A DNA stretch of 64,000 nt, taken from contig CH464491.1 of the NCBI GenBank assembly GCA_000002445.1, forward strand, positions 4,416,001 through 4,480,000, in the 5' to 3' direction. The DNA comes from Trypanosoma brucei (taxonomy: Eukaryota). Below, piece by piece: positions 53,662 through 64,000 of this stretch. Each line of letters starts with the position of its first letter. The first letter of the stretch is position 1. The notes below the pieces were generated by a model. It saw only the letters and a program-made list of their open reading frames with translations, had not been told where the DNA came from and searched no databases. Both the position numbers and the translations under genes were made by a program.

Positions 53662-55650
53662 TTACGCAGCCCAGAAACCGGTCTTCTTCGTCGACCGTCC
53701 ACGGTTCTTCATGGTACGCGCGGAGTAACTCTGACCACCGAAGCCTGTACGCTTTAGGCCCTTCAGAACTTCCATGCCACCTGCGTGGGCCCGACTACGT
53801 GTAACCCCAAAGACGGCGCTTCGTGCCTGTTGGCCCGCACCGGCGAGCCAGGGGCACATGTAACCCTCAGCCTGCATGTGAAGTGAGCGCTGCTTCCGCC
53901 CACAGGCAACATACCTTTTGAGTACCTTATCGAGAGCGCATCGCCGCATGCTCTTTTCCCGGGGGCGGCGTAGCGACCTTCCTTTATTTTCCAGTGTGTC
54001 TTCACTTCCTGTAGCCTCCAAGAACGTTCCACTCCCAGTTGCGTCCCCAGTCAAAAACTCCTCGTAAGCGTTGGCTCCCGAATGCTGAGCAAACGCTGCA
54101 AAGGACCCCGCCTGACCAGCGGCCAGCTGAACCACCGAGGGAGGCACCATGCTTTTAGGTATACACACGCCGTTAATGGTTCTAATAGTTTCCATATGCG
54201 CACCAAAGCGGGAAGGGGAGAAGGGTGGAGCGCCTGGTGCATCTCCCCCCAAAGAGCCCGTGGGTTTACAAGAAAGATGCTCGGAGCTCTTGTGTTTTAT
54301 TGTCGGTGAAGGGCAAGGGGAAACTGGTTGAACTCTGTTGACTGCTTCTTCCTGCTGCAAATCAGTGTGACCGACTCTGGAAGTGCGCAGAAGTCCCTCT
54401 CGAATCGAGGGATGCTCGTGGAAACACTGTGGCATTTTTGTCGGTGAAACGGCAACGACTCCGAGAGGCACCCCCTCTAACAAAGAGGAGTCCGGTATGG
54501 TTCCTTCTGCAGCTATCGTTAGCCTCGCCAACAACGGGGAGTGCGCAACGATGGTACCTTCATCTATGTCTATCCCCTTGCTGCCACCATCGTCACCAAT
54601 GAGGTTAGCACCTAATTTTTCCTTGGTGGAGAGTCGCATGGCCATGGGTGAGGTGGTCAGGTGCCTTGACTTGGCCTCCTGGTGTAGAGAAACGAAGTGT
54701 TGCAATGATAAGTTGTCATCCTGGGGGACGATGAAAGACTCCACCGGGTAACGCTCCTCCACTGCACGCACTTCATCAAAGGTGGGTGGCGCATAGCTCA
54801 GCTCTTTAAGCCCATTGTAACTCAGATCTTCGACACGAACAAGATCTGTCGTGCAGTAGTGGGTAATATCATGTTGCAAGGCTGTCATGTTAATGCACCT
54901 TTCCGGTCGACTTGAATCAGCTCTCACACCCAAGACAGGAACGTCCTCCGTGCCCAAAAAATTGTAGATGCTTTCCACTTGGCGTCGGAGTGCAGCACCG
55001 TCACCGCCAAAGTAGTCAAGCTTGCTGATAATGATGGAGAATGGTATTTGCTCATTCCGCAGAAACACAAATATTTCCTCGTCCCGGGGTTGCACAGGCT
55101 TTGTGGCCTCCATTACCCAATACACTCGCTTTAGTGGTCCCTTCGAACGCAGCGCTAAGTAACGGAACAGAATTGCGAAGGCACTCGCACGTTCGGCCAC
55201 ACTCTGTGGGAGATGTCGACCTTTCCATCCACCGTAACCAGGGGTGTCAACAAGCAATAAGGCGTCACCCACGTTGAAGAACTGCAGCAACCGCGTGGTT
55301 CCACGCACTCTTCCGGCACGACCCAGTCTCGGGTTGCGTAAAAGGCAGGAAATGATGGATGACTTCCCCACGTTGGGTTTTCCGATAAAACAAACCTCCG
55401 GAAACGAATGTAGGCCCTCAGGTAAGGCGGAGACGACATCAACATTCTTAAGGTGCATGTTGCCCCTAGAAAATACTTCATCACTGAGCTTCGCCACTAA
55501 CTCATCCTGTGGCGACATTAAATGGGGCGGGTCGTTACCCCACGGCTTCTGACGTGACGAGGCAGGCGTGAGCTGCCGCCGTGCTTGTCCAATCCCGCTG
55601 CAGCACAAGAGACGTGTACATATGCACATCGCTGTGCCAGTTGAGCGCAC
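53662..55650 (-). CDS. EngB/YihA-type ribosome-biogenesis GTPase with a long C-terminal extension (probably organellar).
   Basis: G1 FIGKPNVGKSSIISCL. G3 LVDTPGYGG. The N-terminus MCICTRLLCCSGIGQARRQL looks like a presequence. The start (55650 or a downstream ATG) is not resolved. Confidence 0.55.
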   Translation of the reverse strand: MRSTGTAMCICTRLLCCSGIGQARRQLTPASSRQKPWGNDPPHLMSPQDELVAKLSDEVFSRGNMHLKNVDVVSALPEGLHSFPEVCFIGKPNVGKSSIISCLLRNPRLGRAGRVRGTTRLLQFFNVGDALLLVDTPGYGGWKGRHLPQSVAERASAFAILFRYLALRSKGPLKRVYWVMEATKPVQPRDEEIFVFLRNEQIPFSIIISKLDYFGGDGAALRRQVESIYNFLGTEDVPVLGVRADSSRPERCINMTALQHDITHYCTTDLVRVEDLSYNGLKELSYAPPTFDEVRAVEERYPVESFIVPQDDNLSLQHFVSLHQEAKSRHLTTSPMAMRLSTKEKLGANLIGDDGGSKGIDIDEGTIVAHSPLLARLTIAAEGTIPDSSLLEGVPLGVVAVSPTKMPQCFHEHPSIREGLLRTSRVGHTDLQQEEAVNRVQPVSPCPSPTIKHKSSEHLSCKPTGSLGGDAPGAPPFSPSRFGAHMETIRTINGVCIPKSMVPPSVVQLAAGQAGSFAAFAQHSGANAYEEFLTGDATGSGTFLEATGSEDTLENKGRSLRRPREKSMRRCALDKVLKRYVACGRKQRSLHMQAEGYMCPWLAGAGQQARSAVFGVTRSRAHAGGMEVLKGLKRTGFGGQSYSARTMKNRGRSTKKTGFWAA

Positions 55651-56922
55651 ACGAGAATCAACCAGAACAAGCGGTGGTTAGTTGTGTCTGCGCGCAGAAA
55701 ACACAAGGAAACGAAAGTGATTTCCTGTACCTGCTGGTCAGACCCGAAGAAGAAAACATTCTGGCGCATATTCCGAATAAGTTGGTTGAGAAGAAACATA
55801 AAAAGGGGGGAAAAGAAAAAAAAAGTTGAAGAACACAAACATTCAGAGTAGGTTAAGGTCAGGGGGAAAACGGACAGTAACAGAAGCAAAGCACAACTAA
55901 AGAAGAATAGGTGCAGTTAGTGTTCTCCCTTCCGTGTGGAGAAAGAAAACGAATATTGCTGGAGGGTCAGACTACTGAAATACATGCAACCCCTTTCCTT
56001 TACTACAAAACAGTCTTATTTGTCTCTTTTTTTTTCCTCTTTTCGCGTAACTACCAATTGGGTGGACATCCCTCACGCAACCCCCTCTCTTTTTGTTCAT
56101 GCTTTCAGCATTGTTTTCCTCTGTATGTTGTTTTTTGTTTTTGCCGTTGCTGCGTTTTCTTTCCGATGCCGACCACAATTTACCTTTTTCTCTCTTAAAT
56201 GATTTCTTCAGGGCATACATTTTATACACACGTGTGCGTATACTTCTCATTCCCTTTCCTACCCCCATCGTCGGTGATGAGCCCATTTTTCTTGTGCGTT
56301 TGATACAGTTAGGTGCACGATCTATACACAAAGCTCACCACGAAGGGGTTCTCACTCAACATTTCTTTACTGATTTCTCTTGAACTTATCCTTGTTTCTC
56401 CTTCACTCTGTCTTGTTTTTGTTCGTGTATACCAGAAATAACCTTCCCCCTATCACCTCGCAAATTTATTTCTACATATATTGTCGAAGACAATGATAAT
56501 ATGGAGCGCACACACAAGCCACACTTCCCACATGCAGCATCGCTCCTTGTCAAATGCCGTTTGTACCCTGGAAATAAATGGGATGCTTTGTTTTTTTACT
56601 ATTTTAAAGAAAAAACAGACGATCTTTCCAGCGCAGCTCCTCACTCATCATATCCCAATATGATGTTGCCACCGAAGATGACGGAGTATACAGTCCTTTG
56701 CATCCACGCTTCTGGCATATGCACCCCAGCCTGCTGCAGCACTCATACGCCTCTAAAGCATGGAACCCTGAATAAACAACCGGCCTCACTGCAACATCCA
56801 TTAACCACTTCTCCATCTATCGATGTTACCTCTCACTACCCAACGCAACGACTTCCGGAACCACCCCGATGCACTATCATCATCCTCTCCCCTCCGCCAC
56901 AAAAGTTGTGCGCAGCGGGAGG

Positions 56923-59900
56923 CTATGCGCCGTCAGTCCGGGTGGTACTTGCTGCACTGGAGGTGACCGAGTTTAAGGCCGCTGCCAGTGCTTGCGCAGC
57001 ACCAGGCATTGGAGCAGGAGCGGATGTGGATGTCTCATCAGTGCTAGAGGCATCCAACCGAACAGCGGCCTCCGCCGAGGGATTGGCATCAGTGGGCTTC
57101 TCAGCGTCCTCATCGGCGGCTGCTTCAGTAGATTTCTCAGCACCCTCATCGGCGGCTGCTTCAGTAGATTTCTCAGCACCCTCATCGGCGGCTGCTTCAG
57201 TAGATTTCTCAGCACCCTCATCGGCGGCTGCTTCAGTAGATTTCTCAGCGTCCTCATCGGCGGCTGCTTCAGTAGATTTCTCAGCGTCCTCATCGGCGGC
57301 TGCATCAGTGGGCTTCTCAGCATCTTCTTCACCACCCGCAGCGCCAAGTTCTGCAGCGGCGATTTCCGCAGTCGTGACTGCGTCTGCAGCGTTCAAGCTG
57401 GCGGGATCCACGTGGAGGTCATCGGCGCCCCTCAAACGGGTCGTCTCCCCACCGTCATCACCATGTGGCACTTGAACGATGCGGCTTTTTGCCTCACCCT
57501 GCATACCGTCCTTGCGAACAGGCGTGTAAGTGACGCGAATCATCTTCCCCTGGTCCTCTTCCTGCACCCTGTAGGTACGCACACCTGTGTCAATCACTTC
57601 AAACTCCTCTGTCAGAGGCACCTCCCGCGCCCATTCGATAATTGGCTCTCCCGCCTCTCCACCGAAGTACTCCACTTCCAACTCAAGAGTGCTCCCAACT
57701 ACAGGATCTCCCACCACATTCAGGAAGTTCGTCTGGGGAATGCCAGCAGAGACAGCGCACTCGCTTGTGGCACGAACCGCACGGCCCTGTACACCGTCAA
57801 ATCGTACGGGTGTCACCGTGACTTCAATTGTGCAGTCTACTTCTCGCCGGGTAAGGGCAAGTGTCGCAGTGTTGGGGCGGCCAACCTTCGCGCGGCGGTC
57901 CTGGCGATCTCGGCGGAACCACTGAATCATATGAGCCCCGGCGTGACCACCTGTGTACTGATACTCGAGCGTCAGTACATGCTGCTCGACCAGTTCACCC
58001 GTAATCCGCAAGTCGCGAATCTCTGGGGGTGAAGGCTCGATAGGCTTCTCGAGCACACAGAGGCAAGTCTTTCCCTCTTCTCCCAGCTTGTTAACCGGAG
58101 TGTATTCAACAGCCAAACACTTGCCCACATCCTCAAGGGTAGGAACATACCGCGTTGAATTTTCACCCTCAATGGGGAAGTACTCCTCCGAGTTGTCATC
58201 TTTGCGGAGCCACTGGTAGTAGCTCTCACCCTCTGTACCGCCGGAATAGACAACCTCAACCTCCAGGTCACTCTCTTGAATAAGGTTACCAATAATCTTG
58301 ATGGATTCGCATTCAGGCGGGCCTGCCGCCACAGGACCCGTGATGGCGGACTTGGGCTCACCCGCAACCCAGTCATTTCGCATGGGAGTGAACTCCACCT
58401 TGATGCGACAATCAACATCCTTCGATGTGAGCTTGTAACCTGCCCATGGGTCATTGACATCAATGGAAATTTCCTCGTTGTCGGGAGTAATTCGAAACCA
58501 ATTAAGGGAGGAGTTACCTTCAATACCACCGGAGTAGTCTGCCTCAGCCAACAGCACGTGTCCCTCGGTAGCCTTGCCCTTTATTTCAAGATGAGGGCAG
58601 GTAGGTGGGCCTGCAACGATTGGGGCTGATATGTCAAAGTACAGGAAGGAAAATACCCCGTCAATGTACGCGAGCACTTCAGCACGCAGGCAGCATCCAA
58701 CGTCGGAAACCGTTGGCGTGTAGGTCAGTGTGTTGTTGTCTTCGATCACCTCATAAAAATTATTCTGAGTGCTTCTCATCCAACGAATGTGCAAAATGGT
58801 ATCCTTCTCGTCGTCAGATTGAGTCAATTCCGTGACTTTATACAAATAGCAGTAACCTTGTTTGTGTTTTGACAGTACACCATTGGACTCAGGTACAATT
58901 TCTACACCATCCACAATATACCGGTACTCGTAGTCACCGGCTGGTAAGTAAAGTGTGGTGTGAAAGTAAATCTCACCCTCCTCCTCACAACGCTCGAGTT
59001 CAATGGGATCGGCCCAGTTATTCATTGAACCGACGACGAACACTTCAGTTGCTTCACCAGAAACCTTGAAGGTAACTGGGTAAAGGTAACGAGAGTGGAA
59101 TATGTCCTCAGTTCTCTGCTCGTACGACCGTACGTCCTGCATGCAGCAACTCAACCTAACCGGAACACCCTCGGTGAGGACATTGCGGCTCTCATCATCT
59201 GGTACGAGTCGAATAGAGCAGAGCTGCAGGCACTTAGACTTTTCCCTCGCACGCTGAAGCTTCAGCAGGAACGCATCAGCGGACTCCTCCACATTGTCGC
59301 CATCGACGACAAACCCATCCGCAATACAGTACCCAATCTTCCCCTGATAGTGCTCCAAAGCTGCACGTTCCTCAGCAGTGACGGGGTGCCCGTCAATGGA
59401 AACAAGGTTACTGTTGTTGATGGCTATAGCCATGCTGCGGTACGAAGGAACCTCTGTCAATGGGTTTCCCACAAGGTTTAAGGTGTGTAGCGAGGGGAAT
59501 TTACCATAATGTTTGAAGGACGAAATCTTGTTGAAGTTGAGGGAAAGCACACGCAGATTGGGGAGTTTTTCCAATCCCTCAAAACTGTTGATAGCGTTGT
59601 CGCTTAGGCACAAAGTTTCGAGGGAGGAAAAGTTTGAGATGCCGTGCAGGTGCTCGATCTTATTACCCGACAAGTAGAGATGACGAAGATACGGCGTTTT
59701 CCTCAGGAAATCCACCGATCCAATCTCATTAATAGAAAGATCCAGGACCCTAAGGTGCTCCATGGTAATGTCAATATCAAAATCTGTCAGCTCATTTTCC
59801 CGAAGATAAAGGTACTCCGTCGCGTAATTTGCCTGCGTTAATTCCCTGGCGCTCCTGATATCCTTCCTGTTCATGACCAACCCACTGGGTTTCACATTTG

Positions 59901-59937
59901 AGAATGGGCCTGCTCGCCTTATCGCAGACGCACTCAT
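56923..59937 (-). CDS. LRR (SDS22-like) + CBM48/AMPK-beta-type glycogen-binding domain + repeated beta-rich modules + acidic 12-aa repeat tail (1004 aa).
   Basis: N-terminal LRRs (LDLSINEIGSVDFL...LYLSGNKIEHLHGI...LCLSDNAINSFEGL...LSLNFNKISSF). CBM48-like VFVVGSMNNWADPIELERCEEEGEIYFHTTLYLPAGDYEYRYIVDGV. C-terminal (AAADE[DG]AEKSTE)x~7. Confidence 0.7.
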   Translation of the reverse strand: MSASAIRRAGPFSNVKPSGLVMNRKDIRSARELTQANYATEYLYLRENELTDFDIDITMEHLRVLDLSINEIGSVDFLRKTPYLRHLYLSGNKIEHLHGISNFSSLETLCLSDNAINSFEGLEKLPNLRVLSLNFNKISSFKHYGKFPSLHTLNLVGNPLTEVPSYRSMAIAINNSNLVSIDGHPVTAEERAALEHYQGKIGYCIADGFVVDGDNVEESADAFLLKLQRAREKSKCLQLCSIRLVPDDESRNVLTEGVPVRLSCCMQDVRSYEQRTEDIFHSRYLYPVTFKVSGEATEVFVVGSMNNWADPIELERCEEEGEIYFHTTLYLPAGDYEYRYIVDGVEIVPESNGVLSKHKQGYCYLYKVTELTQSDDEKDTILHIRWMRSTQNNFYEVIEDNNTLTYTPTVSDVGCCLRAEVLAYIDGVFSFLYFDISAPIVAGPPTCPHLEIKGKATEGHVLLAEADYSGGIEGNSSLNWFRITPDNEEISIDVNDPWAGYKLTSKDVDCRIKVEFTPMRNDWVAGEPKSAITGPVAAGPPECESIKIIGNLIQESDLEVEVVYSGGTEGESYYQWLRKDDNSEEYFPIEGENSTRYVPTLEDVGKCLAVEYTPVNKLGEEGKTCLCVLEKPIEPSPPEIRDLRITGELVEQHVLTLEYQYTGGHAGAHMIQWFRRDRQDRRAKVGRPNTATLALTRREVDCTIEVTVTPVRFDGVQGRAVRATSECAVSAGIPQTNFLNVVGDPVVGSTLELEVEYFGGEAGEPIIEWAREVPLTEEFEVIDTGVRTYRVQEEDQGKMIRVTYTPVRKDGMQGEAKSRIVQVPHGDDGGETTRLRGADDLHVDPASLNAADAVTTAEIAAAELGAAGGEEDAEKPTDAAADEDAEKSTEAAADEDAEKSTEAAADEGAEKSTEAAADEGAEKSTEAAADEGAEKSTEAAADEDAEKPTDANPSAEAAVRLDASSTDETSTSAPAPMPGAAQALAAALNSVTSSAASTTRTDGA
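57072..57335. repeat. 36-bp tandem repeat, ~7 copies (encodes AAADEDAEKSTE).
   Basis: The unit cctcatcggcggctgcttcagtagatttctcagcac recurs with period 36. It generates antisense ORFs 56973..57347 and 56992..58032. Confidence 0.9.
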
Positions 59938-61643
59938 TGGTAGCAGTTACACAGGTATTTTCACTTATTTTTTTTGTCGTTGCTTCCCTCTTTATTTTTC
60001 TTGTTTTCTCGTTTGTTGTTGTTGTTCGCTTCCTAATTTTTTTCTTAAAAAATGACTTTAACTTGGCCTTGTCGAGGTAACTGAAACTAGGAAAAAAAAA
60101 GCAACAGGGAAGATTTGATGCAGTGTCAGTTGCTCTGCCTATTATCGCAACGCCTCACCAAGCTATGTTGTTTGGGGAAAGTTAAGCACACAGCACGCAA
60201 CCGTGAATCCCCACAGGCCAGTGTGCAAAGCCCGTAAAGTCAAAAAAGTGGGAGGAAACGATGCCAGGCAAAAGAAATCATTCATAAACACACAATGCAC
60301 TCTCTCCCAACTAAAATACGCGAGTCTCAAACCAGAGAGATTCGTAAACCAACCCTTTTCATTAGAACCGCACTGCAGCAGTGGGGAAATATGCGACTTG
60401 AATCCCCTCTGTATGAACCCTCTTATCAAGCGAAAGAGGAACAGGGTGTGTTATGCGCAGCGACCGACAAAACTACAAGGGTATCTTACAGGCTTGGTCA
60501 TCCAGTATGGGAGTAGTAACTTAGTCTTGGTGAAATCTCCACGGTAAACATTACCCTCTAGTGAGAGTTTGACGATGTTACCACAATGAAATGCCTCTGA
60601 CTCCCCCCTCCAATACCGTGTTTAGTTCGCCACACCGCCCTCAGCTTGAACGTTTTTTTAGGCGTGTCCCCTCCCATTTTGAAAATACAAACAGTGTCTA
60701 TGCATGGCACTTGATGGACTCACGCACACAGCGTAACAGGATATTAAGTCTCAAAGTCTCTGCATAAACGCACAGATATGAGCATGTGTAACTCGAACAA
60801 CGCGGATGCACGAGTCACAACACGACGTACAGGAGCGTCTGCATCGGTAGGGAGATATCCGACTGCCAACAGTAGCCATAACAAGACCTGTCTCTCTTCT
60901 TAATAGCGACAAATGACAACTTACCTTTAAATGCTGTGGCGCAACAAAAACACAGCCACTCTTCCAAGTACACGCACGCCTCCCAAGTCAAAAAGGTCGT
61001 ATCACCCCGAGGAAATTGCCCCAATTGGTGTGAGGGACGTTATGCAGCACCTTCCTGTGTACACCTTGCTGTCCTTGGTAGTGCACACCAACCTTAATCA
61101 ATGCGCGTGCCCATCGAAACTGGATGTTACTCCAACGCCTGGCTGTTAAAGCCCGGTTCTCTACAAAAATTCCTCGCAAACAAACTAAGGGATCACACAC
61201 AGCCATCAGCGCAACTGAGAACACTACATGGGACAATCAACTTACTGGATCCTAATCAAACAAATCATACGGGGTTGGAGAACCCTGCTCCTTGTGGAAA
61301 GGGGCTGAAAACCGTAGGCCTTGAATTACTGGCTCTAGAGTACGCACGGACACCTCCAACTGTCCACCAGTAAAGCAGTCGCGTGTCGTCTGGTACCGTT
61401 TTCTACATAGCAAACTACATGCCCTTTGTAAAGAGATGGGAAAATTGAGCCTGCAGTCCACGGATTCAAACCTCTTGTTTCAATCATAATGTATGTAACA
61501 ACTATGCAGATATAAAGTACCCTGATAAAAGTCACTAGATTTTTTTTTCTTTAATCCGGAGTATATATAAAGAACAGGGGATTGGGTCAAAACAAAGACT
61601 TCCCACATCTCTTACGCAGATGAAAAATGTGTTGTCGTGCCTT

Positions 61644-61967
61644 CTAGAATATATAAATTGCGTCATATGCTACAGTCCAAGCCAAAATGTATGTCATACC
61701 ACCCGTAAAGAGGCTTCCAAATGAAAAAAGCTCCTTCTTCCCCGAGGGGAAATACCTTTCAGGACCGCCCTCGCACCCAAAGCAGAGTATGGCAAAAGAA
61801 GTGAACAGCGCACTCACCACAAAAAATAAGGCGCCGGCCAAATTAGTTAGTCCCAGCAGTCCAGCACCAACACCGGCCACAAGGGCGCTCATTATGCGTA
61901 TCCGTGACACGCACCCCACATTTTCTCCAAGTTCCTTGTCAACATAAATAGTTTTCCCTAAGCTCAT
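61644..61967 (-). CDS. EMC6: ER membrane protein complex subunit 6 (EMC6 / Rab5-interacting protein family)-like, 107 aa, 2 TM.
   Basis: GLLGLTNLAGALFFVVSALF and LFTGGMTYILAWTVAYDAIYIF parallel human EMC6 ([47 protein letters not shown]). Confidence 0.55.
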   Translation of the reverse strand: MSLGKTIYVDKELGENVGCVSRIRIMSALVAGVGAGLLGLTNLAGALFFVVSALFTSFAILCFGCEGGPERYFPSGKKELFSFGSLFTGGMTYILAWTVAYDAIYIF

Positions 61968-62777
61968 ACTTGTGAGCGAATAATGAAAAGGCTGGCAATA
62001 TTTTCCCTGGGGTATGGGGGAGCACCTAAAATATATGTGTGCGAAAAAACGGGGTTTGCGTTATCACTTTTTTCAAAGGAGGGAGAGCAAAGAGTGGTAC
62101 GCATAGTCAGACAATAGCAACGGTAATAATAGGGAGGAAACATCAATACATTCATTATTTTCGCCAACCTCAAAGCACGTCTCATCACTTGCAAAACAGT
62201 CATAGTCAACCCCACACAAAACTTACGTTTACAAAACAATAATAGCGATAATAAAACTGTACCTTCTGCGCTACTCCGAAGTATTGTTATGGCCCAACTG
62301 CATGGAAAGTATCATTTCCCTTTCCCTCTGCTTTTCGAAAAAAATAATCCAACTGGCAGGGCATGCAGCACTCAACAAGTTCAACTGTTCAGCGCACTTC
62401 TTTTCCGGCATCTCGGGGAGCGAATCAAGACATCTGTGGTATGAGTCTCGAGCTTCGTAGCATAATTCTCTCTTGTGTGCGTTTTGCATACGCCCAACGA
62501 GAACAGGTGTATTCCCTTCCCTACGGGAATATGGGCAAATTTGCTATTGAAATGAGGTAAAGAACCCGCAGAAAGTGTTGAGAGTCCCTTGATGTCGAAA
62601 CTAAAACATGCAAGCACAAGAAGGACAAAAGAGAACGATGATCGCGTGACATCCACTGCAACACATATGTACAACAAATCAATGGGCACAGCAAATTTTT
62701 CATAAATTGCTAGCGAACAGAAAAATACTCACCTTAGGGGTCATAGTGCAATGGTCCCTCTTTCTCCTTACGTCAAT

Positions 62778-63347
62778 TTATCCTTTTTTGTTCGCACTGC
62801 ACCTGTAAATTGACGCCAGTCGAAGTGGTGTGGTCCGTCTCTTGACACCAACAGGGGAATTTCTTGCTTGTATCAACCTAAACAGTACAATTACCACAAA
62901 TATCACACAAATATGATACCCTTTCTCCCTCCATACTGGAACCGGCTCCTTTTGCAAGTGGCGATCAAAGACAAACACACGAACTGTATCGCTGATCTGC
63001 GCAACATTTAAAATTCCGTTCGAATACGTCAACAATACATAGCCACCATTTGTCAAGTACTCTGAAGCAACCCATTCCCGCACACCCGAAGAAATGAATT
63101 TGACGAGAATGCCATATAATTCAGAGCCTTTCGCACTAGATTCCAGCTGGCACTGGTTGAAATAATCGGAATGACAACTTATATTTATCGCCTCAAATCG
63201 CGATTTACCAGCAGATACCCAATGCCCACCAACTGCGTCGCGGAGAATCCGACTAGATCTTCCACTATAACTAAAATAAGCCACCAACAGCACCACCGCA
63301 ACAGCAACATATGGAAGCGCACATTGAACCTTACGTATTATCGGCAT
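62778..63347 (-). CDS. Hypothetical membrane protein (189 aa). N-terminal signal-anchor plus a C-terminal TM.
   Basis: Minus ORF with the N-terminal hydrophobic segment ALPYVAVAVVLLVAYF and the C-terminal HICVIFVVIVLF. Confidence 0.35.
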   Translation of the reverse strand: MPIIRKVQCALPYVAVAVVLLVAYFSYSGRSSRILRDAVGGHWVSAGKSRFEAINISCHSDYFNQCQLESSAKGSELYGILVKFISSGVREWVASEYLTNGGYVLLTYSNGILNVAQISDTVRVFVFDRHLQKEPVPVWREKGYHICVIFVVIVLFRLIQARNSPVGVKRRTTPLRLASIYRCSANKKG

Positions 63348-63536
63348 CCCATCGGTAATTTAACGGCTTTCCACTAAAACCTTCACAGTGTCCATTGATG
63401 GATCACATTGAAATAGCAGTGGCAACAAGAAATTATCAACGACGTAGGCTTGGGAAAGATGCTACTACAGAAGTTCCATAAGCGCTGCTGAATAAGCAAC
63501 AATTCACTTTCTTTTACAAGGAACCACCATCACTCC

Positions 63537-64000
63537 CTATGAAGATGATGTCTTCATGAGATGAAGGTAGTACGGGTGATTCTCGTGTGAATCGTTTAAA
63601 AACGCGAATCCCTTTACCGTCTTAAACCGCTTTTCTGCATTCTCTCGGCCTAACCTCTTCGCTAAGTTGACAAACTCCTTAATTGTTTCCACTTCAGCAT
63701 CGGATGGGACTTTAAGCGACTCTAAGGCTTCGCGTCTCGGTCGCTTTAAGGAACAACCACTTTCCTCTCGTTTTCTGAGAGACCGACCACAGTTACACAA
63801 CCCAAGAAAAGAAACCGTTCTCCCCATAAGGGAGCCAAGTTCCATCGCATCCGAAGGTGATGGATTATCACCTATACAGTTGTCAAGCCACATACCTGTG
63901 CGTGCATCACCGGAGCCGCGTGTCATACGTTTAAATAATGGAGACTCTAACAGGGCTAGGGGTATTGACAGAAGTGGCGTCTTTCCAATCTCCTGAGCAC
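63537..64000 (-). CDS. Hypothetical protein, partial. The frame stays open to the window end, so the true N-terminus may lie beyond 64000.
   Basis: ORF 63537..63926 from the track. Translating upstream of ATG 63926 gives ...AQEIGKTPLLSIPLALLESPLFKR with no stop through 63998. Confidence 0.3.
   Translation of the reverse strand, partial: AQEIGKTPLLSIPLALLESPLFKRMTRGSGDARTGMWLDNCIGDNPSPSDAMELGSLMGRTVSFLGLCNCGRSLRKREESGCSLKRPRREALESLKVPSDAEVETIKEFVNLAKRLGRENAEKRFKTVKGFAFLNDSHENHPYYLHLMKTSSS

Noticed and set aside
56501-58032. Plus-strand ORFs 56501..57475 (324 aa) and 56992..58032 (346 aa).
   Set aside because: They are antisense to the LRR/CBM48 gene and its 36-bp repeat. They are Ser/Ala-rich low-complexity translations.
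1-64000. Search for a prokaryotic-style system (CRISPR arrays, defence islands, operons, integrases, tRNA-flanked islands).
   Set aside because: The sequence is eukaryotic kinetoplastid-like. It has long intron-less genes with eukaryote-specific families (IFT22, COG5, EMC6, PP2A, dynein LIC), AT-rich spacers and unidirectional polycistronic layout. No direct-repeat/spacer arrays and no prokaryotic gene content were seen.

Overview
This window looks like a trypanosomatid (Trypanosoma-like) nuclear segment. The coding density is moderate-GC and intron-less, the intergenic spacers are very AT-rich with (TA)n, (CA)n and poly-pyrimidine/purine tracts, and every convincing gene lies on the minus strand. 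That fits one polycistronic transcription unit crossing the whole 64 kb with no strand-switch region. I can support about 23 protein-coding genes. Recognisable ones include a dynein light-intermediate chain (partial, running off the window start and absent from the ORF track), IFT22/RABL5, COG5, an ATM1/ABCB7-type ABC half-transporter, an SP-RING SUMO-ligase-like protein, a PP2A-family phosphatase, a DnaJ, an EngB-type GTPase, an EMC6-like small membrane protein, and an unusual FSH1-hydrolase/RWD/OLA1-YchF fusion. A 2059-aa TPR + multi-IQ protein carries several in-frame tandem repeats. An LRR + CBM48 (AMPK-beta-like) protein has an acidic 12-aa repeat tail. A near-identical ~1.4 kb segmental duplication copies the 5' end and upstream region of the giant TPR/IQ gene, producing a truncated TPR-only paralogue. 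I found no prokaryotic-type elements (CRISPR, operons, defence islands), no tRNA or rRNA genes, and no recognisable retroposons. The most notable items are the segmental duplication, the multidomain OLA1 fusion, the repeat-rich giant gene, and 4.3 kb plus 2.8 kb ORF-free, repeat-rich spacers at the left end that could hold ncRNAs or long UTRs. Protein identifications rest on motif-level recall, not database searches.
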